From an uncultured archaeon (lineage in GTDB: Archaea; Aenigmatarchaeota; Aenigmatarchaeia; CG10238-14): a DNA stretch of 64,000 nt. The notes under the pieces are model-generated. The model worked only from the letters and a program-made list of their open reading frames with translations. It was not told the origin of the DNA and did no database searches. The translations under genes were made by a program, and so were the position numbers. The DNA lies in the NCBI GenBank assembly GCA_964392445.1, contig CAYMPD010000004.1, positions 1 to 64,000 on the forward strand, written 5' to 3'. Of this stretch, positions 49,683-59,546 are shown one piece after another (position 1 is the first letter of the stretch; every line of letters starts with the position of its first letter).

Positions 49683-50540
49683 CTAAATTTCCGACTTCTG
49701 TGTCGACACACCACTAACTATTATCAAAGTTCCTCCAATTATTTGGAATATATTCATCGGTTCTTTTAGAAAAATCAAGCCCAACAAAGATACTATTACA
49801 GGAACCGACATGGACATCATAGTCAAATAGCTAGCACTTGATACGGATATAGTCTTGTTAAGGAATATTGCTAGTATGGCTCCGAAAATACCCGTCATTA
49901 TAACAAATCTACTCGCTTTAATCTCCAGAGGGTTGATATTTAAGATAGGTAACAAAAGTAATAAGACTAAGAGAGCAAATCCTATCCTACCAAGACTGAT
50001 AATGTCTGAATGTATTTCTTTTGTCAAAGGTTTAGTTATTATTAAAGCTGAAGAAAAACAAAGAGCCGTGATTAAAGTTAATAAATCTCCAACTTTCGGT
50101 ATTATCATTTTACCCCCAGTAGTAAGTAAGTAAATCCCAATTACAAACACAACAAGTAGAATAATTTTCCTTTGAGTGAATCTTTCTTTCAAAAAGAAGA
50201 AAGCCAATAATGTCGTAAAAAGTAATGTGCTCTTGACTAAAAATCCATAGTTTATTGATGTGGATAGTTTCAAGCCATAAAATCCCAAAATATATGCTGT
50301 TCCGACAAATAAACCTATTAAAAATAGTCTTTTAAGATGTTTGAATTTAATATTTTTCAGTTCTTTTCTCCTCGTTAGTAGATTGTATACCAAAAGTATG
50401 GTTGCGTTGATAACTGTTCCTTGAATCGTATAGGGCAAGGCTTCTGCACCTAAGTTTATTGCGTTCTTATTGAAAAATATTAACAGAGCCCAGGATAAAG
50501 AGAAGATAGAGACATAAAGTAATTTTTTATCGATTTTCAT
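49683..50540 (-). CDS. DMT/EamA family transporter
   Basis: About 10 TM helices in two repeats; LKERF and LKEP motifs. Confidence 0.85.
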   Translation of the reverse strand: MKIDKKLLYVSIFSLSWALLIFFNKNAINLGAEALPYTIQGTVINATILLVYNLLTRRKELKNIKFKHLKRLFLIGLFVGTAYILGFYGLKLSTSINYGFLVKSTLLFTTLLAFFFLKERFTQRKIILLVVFVIGIYLLTTGGKMIIPKVGDLLTLITALCFSSALIITKPLTKEIHSDIISLGRIGFALLVLLLLLPILNINPLEIKASRFVIMTGIFGAILAIFLNKTISVSSASYLTMMSMSVPVIVSLLGLIFLKEPMNIFQIIGGTLIIVSGVSTQKSEI

Positions 50541-50587
50541 AACAACTTATTAGAAGTTCAGGATTAAATCAGTTACTTCACCTAAAA

Positions 50588-51070
50588 TCAAAGTTCATTC
50601 ACATCATCAGGTAAATGGTCTATACCTCCAAATTCTTTTACAACAATGGATTTTATTTTAGATTTCACTTTTGGACTAACGTGAGTAATTGTCATCTTCT
50701 CTTCACCCCCAATACTCTCACAATCATCTTCTATTAAAATATTAGGAGAGATTCTTTCAGCAACATCTTTGTATTCTTCACCATCTTTTCTGAAAATCAA
50801 CTTACCCTGAGGAAAATTATAATTCTTCAAAACATTTCTAATCATTTCAACTTCTTTTGGTTTTCTCCTACTAGTCAAGTAAATTAATCTGATCCCTTGT
50901 TTATCCCACTTCTTTAATTTTTTTACACAATCACCCCTTGGGACATAATTCTGAAAATCTCTCACCGAACTTTCTCTATTCTTAACTTGTTCAACTATTT
51001 CCTCTCTTGAGTGTCCTTTAGCACCTGAATGCATCAACAAAGTACCTTCGGTAAAAATCATTATTTTCAT
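50588..51070 (-). CDS. HAD-like protein with degenerate motif I
   Basis: IFTEGTL in place of DxDGT; YLTSR; LIEDD. Confidence 0.6.
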   Translation of the reverse strand: MKIMIFTEGTLLMHSGAKGHSREEIVEQVKNRESSVRDFQNYVPRGDCVKKLKKWDKQGIRLIYLTSRRKPKEVEMIRNVLKNYNFPQGKLIFRKDGEEYKDVAERISPNILIEDDCESIGGEEKMTITHVSPKVKSKIKSIVVKEFGGIDHLPDDVNEL

Positions 51071-51071
51071 T

Positions 51072-51449
51072 TCAATCCTTAACTACTATCATACTTATTT
51101 CCACACTAGCTCCAAGTGGTAGTCCTTTCACACATACTGTTTCTCTTGCTGGGAATGGATCACTCATATAATTCCCATAAATCTCATTTATTTTTCCATA
51201 AGATTCCATATCAGTAACAAATATAGTTGTTTTTACGACATCATTAAAAGAAAATCCGGCTTTCTCTAAAACTGATTTCAGATTTTTCATAATTTGGTGT
51301 GTTTGTTCTTCTATATTCCCTTCTAATAATTCTCCGTCGGGTTTTAAATGAATTTGACCTGAAGTGAACAACATTTTTCCAGTTTTGATGGCTTGAGAAT
51401 AAGGTCCTACAGATTCTGGTGCTCCTTTAGTTTCGATTTTAGTTTTCAT
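51072..51449 (-). CDS. ridA: RidA/YjgF enamine-imine deaminase
   Basis: GPYSQAI, SGQI, FPARETV, LPLGASVEI; real start ATG 51449. Confidence 0.9.
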   Translation of the reverse strand: MKTKIETKGAPESVGPYSQAIKTGKMLFTSGQIHLKPDGELLEGNIEEQTHQIMKNLKSVLEKAGFSFNDVVKTTIFVTDMESYGKINEIYGNYMSDPFPARETVCVKGLPLGASVEISMIVVKD

Positions 51450-51517
51450 AATAACCAAGAAATAATAGAACTTCCAAAGATAAAACTCTTTTATTATTAA
51501 TTTACCAACAATTACCC

Positions 51518-52321
51518 ATGAAGAGAATGCAAAACAAAGTAGCTCTAGTAACCGGAGCTGCATTGGGATATAAGAACGGTGGTCCATCAATAGGCAGTGC
51601 TATAGCTTTCAAGTTGGCTTCTGAAGGAGCGAAAGTAGTAATTGTGGATATCAACGAAGAAATGGGAAAAAGGGCGGCTGAGAGGATAAGGCAAGAGAGT
51701 GGAGAGGCTGTGTTTATTGAATGTGATGTATCCAAAACTGAAGATGTTAAAAGAGCCATAGAAACAACTAAGAAAGAATTCGGTGAATTACATTGTATCG
51801 TGAATTGCGCTGCCTCATATAAAGGAGATATTTTCAAAAATGTGGTTGAAACATCTGAAAAAGACTGGAAACATATAATTGATATTAACTTGAATGGTTA
51901 TTACAGATTTGCTAAGTATGGAATACCTTTGATTCTTGAGAGTGGAGGAGGGACTGTGGTTAATATATCTTCTGCTGCCGCTTTTAAAGTGAATAAGAAT
52001 TTCAGTGTTTATCCTGTTACAAAGTCTGCGATTAACTCGTTGACAAGAACTATAGCTATAGATTTCGCACCAGAGATTAGATGTAATGCAATATGTCCCG
52101 GATTTGTTAGGATAGCTAATTCAGAGAATGATCGGACGGGAGAAGAATTAAAGGAATGGCTTGAAGGAATAGCTAAAACTTATCCATTAAAAAGAGTATG
52201 CTCGGTTGAGGAAATAGCCAATGTTGCATTGTTTTTGGCGAGCGAGGAATCTTCTTACATCAACGGGGAGTGTATAGTTGTTGATGGTGGTAGATCTGTT
52301 GCGGATAGTCATGAGTTTTAG
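51518..52321 (+). CDS. Short-chain dehydrogenase/reductase
   Basis: VALVTGA, NCAA, YPVTK catalytic motif, ICPG, VDGG. Confidence 0.88.
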   Translation: MKRMQNKVALVTGAALGYKNGGPSIGSAIAFKLASEGAKVVIVDINEEMGKRAAERIRQESGEAVFIECDVSKTEDVKRAIETTKKEFGELHCIVNCAASYKGDIFKNVVETSEKDWKHIIDINLNGYYRFAKYGIPLILESGGGTVVNISSAAAFKVNKNFSVYPVTKSAINSLTRTIAIDFAPEIRCNAICPGFVRIANSENDRTGEELKEWLEGIAKTYPLKRVCSVEEIANVALFLASEESSYINGECIVVDGGRSVADSHEF

Positions 52322-52339
52322 TAACCGGTGAGCAAGAAA

Positions 52340-52704
52340 CATCTCGACTTTAGTCAGGAGATGAATTGCGATAATTATCTTATCCTGAAAATTGAAAAAA
52401 ATAGATGGAGAGAGAATTTTCCCTATAATTCGTACTTTTGCTTAGTGATAGTTGGGTTCTCTTCCTTAAAAAAATTTCAGAGGTTTTGAATATGAGATGG
52501 ACTAGATATAACCATACGACTGGAGAATCTTATCTCCATTTGCAGTTTACACCAAAATATAGGAGAATAGTGTTTACTGAGAGAATAATAAGGAGAAGTT
52601 GTAAAATTTTATGAGATGGATAGCGAAAGATTCGGGCGGTTGGTTCAATAACAGCAGAATTGAGAAAATTTTACATTGAAAGATACCAAAACAAACATTG
52701 GTGA
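52340..52704 (+). mobile_element. IS200/IS605 remnant: end hairpin plus internally deleted tnpA pseudogene
   Basis: Hairpin CATCTC-GACTTTAGTC-AG-GAGATG 52340-52363; frame 52492-52704 with YNH...HLQFTPKYRR and AVGSITAE...FYIERYQ, broken by stops. Confidence 0.75.
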
Positions 52705-52891
52705 GGAATAGATTACTTGACCTACCTAAAGTTGAAAATTCAGGGATAAAACTTTATCACTAACTTTTGAAAGAACCTTCGAGGTCTTAAATCGAGATAT
52801 TTAGTTGCATCCTAGAAATGGTTTCACAAAAAGGTAAAAACCGAATAAAAGGTAGTTTTTGAGATTCCAAAATTATAAAAAAGAAAAAAAA

Positions 52892-53611
52892 TCATTCCTT
52901 AAACAACCATCCAAATAAACCCTTGTTCCTTTTTTCTCGATTTGCCATTTTTTGTAATCTATTTTGTTCTTGCTCTATTTGTTGAATTTGTTCCTGGAAA
53001 ATTTGTTTTATTTCCTCGTCTTCTATTCTTTCTTCTAGTTCTCTTAATGCTCGAATTCTTTCTTCGTTTCCGTTAACCTCCTGTTCTAACTCATCGGCAG
53101 CCTCTTCATCTCCACCAAGTAATAATCTTCTAAGCATCCCCCTCGTCTGGATTCTCTCTTCTACTTTTAAAGTCGCCTGAACAGAATTGTTGAACTCCAT
53201 GGCTATCTCTGAGACTTCATCTCCAATACCCCCCTTTTCTTCAAGCATCTGTCTCATGTATAATAAATTATGTACAGACTCTCTCACTCTGTTTTGATTT
53301 CTGTATATTTTCTGTATATTTTCAGGTAAACCTTGGATTTCTTCATCCATTTCCTGATATCTCTTCTGGGTTCTTTCTCTTATTTGTGATATACTCTGGG
53401 CCGCTTCTGGGATATTTTTTCGTTGTCGTTTGACTAGATCCTCCTCTTTAATTGGCTTTCTTTCTTCTGATGAAGAAGACTGATTGCCGTCGGTCGGAGG
53501 TGAATCTATATCTGGTCTGTTTCCTTCTCCACCTGGCGTTTCAACTGGTTGTGAGAGGATAAGCTGGGGTAAAAGTAGTACCAACAAAGCTAATGCAATT
53601 ATTTTTTTCAT
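52892..53611 (-). CDS. Secreted coiled-coil hypothetical protein
   Basis: Signal peptide MKKIIALALL; Glu/Gln-rich helices. Confidence 0.7.
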   Translation of the reverse strand: MKKIIALALLVLLLPQLILSQPVETPGGEGNRPDIDSPPTDGNQSSSSEERKPIKEEDLVKRQRKNIPEAAQSISQIRERTQKRYQEMDEEIQGLPENIQKIYRNQNRVRESVHNLLYMRQMLEEKGGIGDEVSEIAMEFNNSVQATLKVEERIQTRGMLRRLLLGGDEEAADELEQEVNGNEERIRALRELEERIEDEEIKQIFQEQIQQIEQEQNRLQKMANREKRNKGLFGWLFKE

Positions 53612-53690
53612 CCTTATTACCACCTACTATTATTTGTTTTCTTTCAATTAATTAATTTTCTCTTCTTTTAGAGAATCTATAAATATTAAA

Positions 53691-55031
53691 TTATAACAAT
53701 ATCCATGCATATAATACCCAAAGTATTATCACAATGAAATTCAACCATACTCCATACGAGAACATTTTCTTAAAAGTCACATGTTTATTCTTAGAAATTA
53801 TAGCATTAGGAGGAGTTGCAATTGGTAACATAAAAGCCATATCACTACACACAGCAACTGTAAATATTCCTAACAAAGGACTAAAGCCCGCTGACTTGTA
53901 AAATTGTATTATTATAGGTATAAGAGTTGCTGATAAGGCCGTGTTTGAAATCAGTTCTGTGGAGAAATTGGCTATTATTGCCGTAATGAGAAGATATGAA
54001 ATTTCATTTTTTGGAACAAAACTCATAAATTGGATGAAAAGGTCAGAGATCCCCACGCTTAAGAGGATATTGCCTAGGGCCAAAGCACCACCTAACATCA
54101 AAATAATATCCCAGGGGATTTTGACATCTTTAATTTTTAAAATTGGTTCTTTCTTGGTTCTGATTAGAAATAGTAAGGATGCACCTAATAGACCGATAAT
54201 AACATCACTAATTTCGATGGTAGATTTTTGAGATAAATATGGTCGAAGCAACCAGAACAAGACGGTTATTAAAAGGATTAAAATAGTCAATTTTGCATTG
54301 GTTTCAAGTCTGATTCTTTTTGTCTTTACTCTGATTTTCTTGGTGTTGGGAGCTCTCCAACTCATGTATATCCACAGGATCAGTAAAAGAAGTGAAGTAA
54401 AAGGCATTAAAATTTTAGCCCATCCTAAAAACCCTATATTTACACCCTCTCTCATCATATATTCCGCTCCTATAAGGTTGGTGGTTGTACCTATCAAAAT
54501 AGCTGTGCCGCCGATTGAGGCCGCATAAGCTATTGACAATAACAGAGAAACTCGATATTCTTCGTCTTCGTTCTTTATCGCTTCTAATATCCCTACACCA
54601 ATGGGAAGCATGAGCATTGTCGCAGTTGTGTTCGCCATTAAAGTTGATAAAAGGGCAGTTGATAATATTGTTCCTAGAATAACAAGTCGTGAACTTTTTC
54701 CAGATAGTTTCATTAGAGAAAAAACTATCTTTTCATCAATTTTCCATTTTGATACAGCTGAAGAAAAGATGAAACCAGAAATAAATAACAAAAGTATACT
54801 GGAATAATAATTAGATACTATTTCTCCAAATGATATCAAGTTTAGAAGAGGGCCAAAAATTAAAGGTATAAGCCCAGTTACCCCGATTGGTATTAATTTA
54901 GTTGTCCACAATATTGTACATGTAAATAATATCAGAAGTGATGCTCTGATACTTTTCTGTAAAGGTAGAAGATAGATCAATAACCAAGTTAGTAGAATTA
55001 GCAGTAACCAAAAAAGTTTTTTCGTTTTCAT
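53691..55031 (-). CDS. DASS/SLC13 sodium:anion symporter
   Basis: LMANTAT, GTTTN, SNTA, MLPIATPPNAI. Confidence 0.88.
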   Translation of the reverse strand: MKTKKLFWLLLILLTWLLIYLLPLQKSIRASLLILFTCTILWTTKLIPIGVTGLIPLIFGPLLNLISFGEIVSNYYSSILLLFISGFIFSSAVSKWKIDEKIVFSLMKLSGKSSRLVILGTILSTALLSTLMANTTATMLMLPIGVGILEAIKNEDEEYRVSLLLSIAYAASIGGTAILIGTTTNLIGAEYMMREGVNIGFLGWAKILMPFTSLLLLILWIYMSWRAPNTKKIRVKTKRIRLETNAKLTILILLITVLFWLLRPYLSQKSTIEISDVIIGLLGASLLFLIRTKKEPILKIKDVKIPWDIILMLGGALALGNILLSVGISDLFIQFMSFVPKNEISYLLITAIIANFSTELISNTALSATLIPIIIQFYKSAGFSPLLGIFTVAVCSDMAFMLPIATPPNAIISKNKHVTFKKMFSYGVWLNFIVIILWVLYAWILL

Positions 55032-55199
55032 CGAAGATAATTAGATTTCGAGTTTAATAAAACCTGTATTATTTCAAATATTTTTGGTTGATGGTGATAG
55101 ATATATTTCTGATAGTCATGAATTTTAGTCTGATAATTTACTAATTAATATCCTTTAAAGAACAATTACTTATGTAAAAACTAGGAAGAGTTGAGAATA

Positions 55200-55754
55200 A
55201 TGACAAATTTTAACATTAAAATCGAAAATATCGTTGCTACGGCCCCTTTAGGTGTAAGAATATCCCTTGAATCGTTAGTTGAATATTTAGAGGGAAGTGA
55301 ATACGAGCCTGAACAGTTTCCCGGCTTAGTCTATAGGGTAAAAGACCCCAAATCTGCAACACTAATCTTCTCAACCGGTAAAATTGTGTGTACTGGCGCA
55401 AGAAATATTGAAGATGTTACCACTGTTATTAAAAAAGTTGTTAAAGTGTTGAAAGAAAGTGGAATTGCAGATCCTAAAGGTTACAAGATTGAGGTTCAGA
55501 ACATCGTCGCTTCAGCAAGGCTACCAGCAAGGTTGGACCTGGATAAAATTGTATTTGAGGTAGAAAATTCTGAGTACGAACCAAACCAATTTCCCGGCTT
55601 AGTCTATAGGGTAAAAGACCCAAAGACCACATTGTTATTGTTTGGTTCAGGTAAAATCATCTGTACTGGTGCAAGAAAGATAAAAGAAGTGGAATACGCT
55701 ATAGAAATCATGTTTAAGAAATTGAAGAGTATAGGCGCACTTAGAAAGGATTGA
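55200..55754 (+). CDS. tbp: TATA-box binding protein
   Basis: Two NIVA...YEPxQFPGLVYR...F(S/G)xGK repeats. Confidence 0.97.
   Translation: MTNFNIKIENIVATAPLGVRISLESLVEYLEGSEYEPEQFPGLVYRVKDPKSATLIFSTGKIVCTGARNIEDVTTVIKKVVKVLKESGIADPKGYKIEVQNIVASARLPARLDLDKIVFEVENSEYEPNQFPGLVYRVKDPKTTLLLFGSGKIICTGARKIKEVEYAIEIMFKKLKSIGALRKD
55317..55621 (+). repeat. Two identical 32-nt segments inside tbp (55317..55348 and 55590..55621)
   Basis: TTTCCCGGCTTAGTCTATAGGGTAAAAGACCC twice, 273 nt apart. Confidence 0.9.
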
Positions 55755-55757
55755 TGA

Positions 55758-55832
55758 TGGACCCGATGGGATTTGAACCCATGATCTCCTCGTCCGAAGC
55801 GAGGCGCATTATCCAAACTCTGCTACAGGTCC
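55758..55832 (-). tRNA. tRNA-Arg(TCG)
   Basis: Complete cloverleaf; CCTCG-CTTCGGA-CGAGG anticodon arm; GTTCAAATC T-loop. Confidence 0.93.
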
Positions 55833-55989
55833 TCTAACACTAATAATAACTGGAATTTATAAAACTTAATCTTTAACTGCTACTAGTAAGACAAAGTAAG
55901 ATATATTAGTTTACATTTTTAATTAATATTATAGGTACCAATTTTACAATCTTTTTTTCTGGGTAGCGCAAGACTTAGAGGTTGGTCGG

Positions 55990-56163
55990 ATGAAATATTG
56001 TGAGAACTGCAAAGAATTCTTCCCTGAGAAAGACAATTACTGTCCCTTGTGCGGGAGAAAGCTAACTGAAACCAAGGGCGGGACAAAAAAAGAATCTAAA
56101 ACCAACAAATCCGATGTTTTATTGGAAGATTACAACTATGAGGACACTTTTAGGGACTGGTGA
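55990..56163 (+). CDS. 57-aa zinc-ribbon protein
   Basis: MKYCENC...YCPLCGRKL; GAGGT SD; not in ORF track. Confidence 0.7.
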   Translation: MKYCENCKEFFPEKDNYCPLCGRKLTETKGGTKKESKTNKSDVLLEDYNYEDTFRDW

Positions 56164-56218
56164 TCTTTGACTGGATTTACGCCCATTTTCTTAGATGATT
56201 CTACTTCTTGTGGATGGG

Positions 56219-56668
56219 TTAATTGTTCCATTCCAATTTATCTCCTACTTGAATGTTGTTCTCCTTTGAAAAATTCGCATTTACCTCTAGAACATATTTA
56301 GTGGGTTCGTTTGAGGGATAGCTTTCACAAGGATCTGATTCACATGGCTGAATGTTTTGCTTTATTTCTGTTATTGTACCATTTTCCGCGATAAATATCA
56401 TGTCCAGAGGTATTAGTGTATTTTTCATCCAGAATGAAACGTTTCGTTCGTTTTCGAAAATGAATAACATACCGGAATTTTGTGGTAAACTTTTTCGGTA
56501 CATCAAACCTTTACTTCTTTCTTTGGGATCATCGGCTATTTCTATATCAATCTCAACTTTCCCACCCTCACTGATTATGGAAAATGGTATAACTTTTTTT
56601 GTTATACATCCACAGAGAACTACCAATAAGGCGATTATAATCAACTGAGAGAGTTTTTTCAGTTTCAC
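56219..56668 (-). CDS. DUF192 family protein
   Basis: EIADD...GLMYR...GMLF...FWMKNTLIPLDMIF...YVLEV. Confidence 0.9.
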   Translation of the reverse strand: MKLKKLSQLIIIALLVVLCGCITKKVIPFSIISEGGKVEIDIEIADDPKERSKGLMYRKSLPQNSGMLFIFENERNVSFWMKNTLIPLDMIFIAENGTITEIKQNIQPCESDPCESYPSNEPTKYVLEVNANFSKENNIQVGDKLEWNN

Positions 56669-56820
56669 TTAATTTCCCTTACTATATTATCTGTTTTATC
56701 GGATTTAATTGTGAAATATTTTCCACAGTAAACACATTTTTTGGATTTTTTGTAAGGTGATCCTTTACTTTGGTACTTTTGTTTGTGGTGACATTTGTCG
56801 CAGATAACCCAGAATTTCAT
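56665..56820 (-). CDS. 51-aa zinc-ribbon protein
   Basis: CDKC...CVYC; GTGA overlap with the DUF192 start; not in ORF track. Confidence 0.7.
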   Translation of the reverse strand: MKFWVICDKCHHKQKYQSKGSPYKKSKKCVYCGKYFTIKSDKTDNIVREIK

Positions 56821-56870
56821 AGAATTATATTGGGATTTGAGGGTTTAAAGGATTTTGATAGTAAAATTCA

Positions 56871-56961
56871 CGCCCCGAGCAGGACTCGAACCTGCGGCCT
56901 TCTGGTTAACAGCTTCAGCCCTGAATTCAGGTCAACTGCTCTACCACTGAGCTACCGGGGC
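56871..56961 (-). tRNA. tRNA-Asn(GTT) copy A, 19-nt intron at 30/31 (56914..56932)
   Basis: Cloverleaf after intron removal; BHB helix CAGT/GCTG; begins 1 nt after the asnS stop. Confidence 0.9.
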
Positions 56962-56962
56962 A

Positions 56963-58258
56963 TCAAGGTCTCATTCTACCCATGGTTCTTGGAAATGGAA
57001 CTGTTTCACGAATATTTTCAATTCCACAAATCCACATAACAACTCTTTCCAATCCCATACCAAATCCTGAGTGAGGAACCGAACCATACTTCCTTAAATC
57101 CATATACCATTGGTAATCCTTTTTCTTCAAGCCAAATTCTTTAATTCTCTTTTTCAGTGCTTTTGGATTATCTATTCTTTGACTTCCACCTATTATCTCA
57201 CCATAACCTTCGGGGGCAATAATGTCGTTTGAAAGAGTTAATTTTGGATTTTCAGGATCAGGTTCCATGTAAAAAGCCTTAATTTTTGTTGGAAATCTGT
57301 GGATAATTATCGGTTTTTCAAACTGCTTGGAGATAAATCTTTCTTGAGGAGCACCAAAATCGTCCAGATATTCAATATCAAAATCGTTCTTTTGTAACAA
57401 CTCTATGGTCTCATCATAACTTATCCTTGGGAATGGTGGTTCTATTTTTTCGAGTTTTTCGATATCTCTTCCTAGTTCTTTTAATTGTCTTTTATTCTTC
57501 TTTAACACTCCTTTAACTATCGCTGTAATCAATCCTTCTTGAAGTTTAATATTATCTTCAAAGTCATAGAAAGCCATCTCAGGCTCAAGCATCCAGAATT
57601 CGGCCAAATGCTTTGGTGTATGAGACTTTTCCGCGCGGAAAGTAGGACCAAAGCAATAAACCTTTCCTAATGATGGAACAACAGCCTCACTGTATAACTG
57701 ACCACTTTGGGCAAGATAAACCTTACCACCAGGGTATTTTGTTTCAAATAATGTAGTACTTTCCTCACAACAGGTTGGAGTCAATATAGGAGTGTCTACT
57801 CGATAAAAACCTTGAGAATCCAAGAAATCAATCGCACTTTTAATAACGGTTGATCTTATCCTAAGAATAGGTCTTTGACTTGGGCTTCTTAACCACAAGT
57901 GACGGTTACTTAGGAGAAAATCGATTCCATGGTCTTTTTTACCTAGAGGGTAATCGTCTGCTACCTGGAGAACCTTAATATCATTAATCTCTATCTCATA
58001 CCCATCTGGAGCTCTTTCATCTTCTTTTACTTTACCTTCGATTATAACCGAGGATTCTTGTGTTAATTTCTCAGCATCTTCAAACGTTTTTTTGTCAACA
58101 TTATCTTTATGGATTGTTGCCTGAATGGTCCCAGACCCGTCTCGGATGATGAAGAATTGAACACCACCACTTGACCTCAGATTCTCTACCCATCCACCTA
58201 GTTTGACTTTGCCTTTGGTTTTATCATCGAGTATATTTTCTATTTTGTTCAGTTTCAT
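56963..58258 (-). CDS. asnS: Asparaginyl-tRNA synthetase
   Basis: OB-fold N-terminus, LAQSGQLY, FRAE, HLAEFWMLEPE, EIIGGSQR, GFGMGLER. Confidence 0.93.
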   Translation of the reverse strand: MKLNKIENILDDKTKGKVKLGGWVENLRSSGGVQFFIIRDGSGTIQATIHKDNVDKKTFEDAEKLTQESSVIIEGKVKEDERAPDGYEIEINDIKVLQVADDYPLGKKDHGIDFLLSNRHLWLRSPSQRPILRIRSTVIKSAIDFLDSQGFYRVDTPILTPTCCEESTTLFETKYPGGKVYLAQSGQLYSEAVVPSLGKVYCFGPTFRAEKSHTPKHLAEFWMLEPEMAFYDFEDNIKLQEGLITAIVKGVLKKNKRQLKELGRDIEKLEKIEPPFPRISYDETIELLQKNDFDIEYLDDFGAPQERFISKQFEKPIIIHRFPTKIKAFYMEPDPENPKLTLSNDIIAPEGYGEIIGGSQRIDNPKALKKRIKEFGLKKKDYQWYMDLRKYGSVPHSGFGMGLERVVMWICGIENIRETVPFPRTMGRMRP

Positions 58259-58340
58259 GATTATCAATTAGAATTTGTTAAGATAAGTTTAATAAATTTT
58301 GGACTAAGATTATTAATAACTGAAAGAGAATAACTTTTTT

Positions 58341-58661
58341 ATGTCAACGAACGGGCTACCTTATGATATTATGAATGCATCAACACGTGTTAGAACTCAT
58401 CCAATGATTTATATGATTGAGGAAAAAGAAGATAGAGGTTTAACATATATTGAAGTAATTGTCCCTGGGGGAAGTTATTGTGGTACTGCAGCAAAATCTA
58501 GATTAGCAAAAGGGGACCTTTCTCCAGAAACTAGTAGTCTAGATAGATTAGGAACTAGTGTTTTTCGATATTATCCTAAGACAGCCCAAGTTCAGAATTT
58601 AAGTAATAGGATAACTAGAGTAATGCAAGAAGCAGGATTTTTACTAATCTCTCGGAGTTAA
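58341..58661 (+). CDS. Hypothetical protein
   Basis: 106-aa ATG ORF. Confidence 0.5.
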   Translation: MSTNGLPYDIMNASTRVRTHPMIYMIEEKEDRGLTYIEVIVPGGSYCGTAAKSRLAKGDLSPETSSLDRLGTSVFRYYPKTAQVQNLSNRITRVMQEAGFLLISRS

Positions 58662-58729
58662 ATATATGAGACATTTGTATCATTTTTACTTGAATACATA
58701 TTAAAACTCGTCCACCAATTTCAATTAAT

Positions 58730-59212
58730 ATGATTGGAAGGACTAGAAATGGATATGGAGGAACTTTAGGGCCGAGAGAAAGTACAGAGAAATTTTCATT
58801 AGCATGGAGTTTATCTGCTCCTATTTCAAGAGACCAAGATTTTGCGATCTATGAAGTTCCTATGGGGAAAAGTGATGGTTATAGTTCACTCGTTAGACAA
58901 ATGTTTGAAAGAGCAATGGAAGGTGCTCATGTAACAGAACCTTGTAAAGAATTCTTAAGATCTATGTTCTATGTTTCTCTTAGGCAGGGAGTACCTCCAG
59001 TTAGGTGGATACCAGTAGAAAAATTTGGAATAGACCTTTCAAAAGAAAGATATGGGATATTTGGACCCGAAGAGAATTTAGGAGAGATTGAAGGAGAGCT
59101 AATAAGATTCCACGTTCATATTATAGAAGCTTATAGGATACCAGAATTAAGAGAAAGGGGGATGGAACTTAACAGAAGATGGAGAAGAGATTGGAATGAA
59201 AGATATGGTTGA
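58730..59212 (+). CDS. Hypothetical protein
   Basis: 160-aa ATG ORF, Arg/Glu-rich. Confidence 0.6.
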   Translation: MIGRTRNGYGGTLGPRESTEKFSLAWSLSAPISRDQDFAIYEVPMGKSDGYSSLVRQMFERAMEGAHVTEPCKEFLRSMFYVSLRQGVPPVRWIPVEKFGIDLSKERYGIFGPEENLGEIEGELIRFHVHIIEAYRIPELRERGMELNRRWRRDWNERYG

Positions 59213-59226
59213 AATTAAAAATAAAT

Positions 59227-59502
59227 TTAGTCAATTTCTTGTCTTTGCAGAAGTCTTTGATTGATATCAAAATAACCAACAGTTAAAACATATTTCCCAT
59301 CTAATACCGTTCTGTAATCTTCTACAGTATAATTTCTTTCCTCTACCTCATCTAATAATAATCTTGAAACTTCACCTTCCTTATTTAAAAAATATGTAAC
59401 ATTCCAGGTATCTAACATTTGTCCTATCCCAGTGTCAGAACAATCCAATACCCCTACTTTATCAAAATGAATTTTTATCATGCTGAAATCATTATTAAAC
59501 AA
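59227..59502 (-). CDS. Hypothetical protein
   Basis: 91-aa ORF. Confidence 0.5.
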   Translation of the reverse strand: MFNNDFSMIKIHFDKVGVLDCSDTGIGQMLDTWNVTYFLNKEGEVSRLLLDEVEERNYTVEDYRTVLDGKYVLTVGYFDINQRLLQRQEID

Positions 59503-59546
59503 AACTTAAATTTCTTACTTTAGACTTAAAAAAGAAAAAAATTAAA

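Noticed and set aside
51450-51590. 47-aa N-terminal extension of RidA
   Set aside because: It overlaps the divergent SDR gene; RidA homology starts at ATG 51449.
55604-57039. ORFs 55604..55816 (-) and 56770..57039 (+) spanning tRNAs
   Set aside because: They are by-products of tRNA-Arg and antisense tRNA-Asn sequence, with no recognisable domain, unlike the AbrB case.
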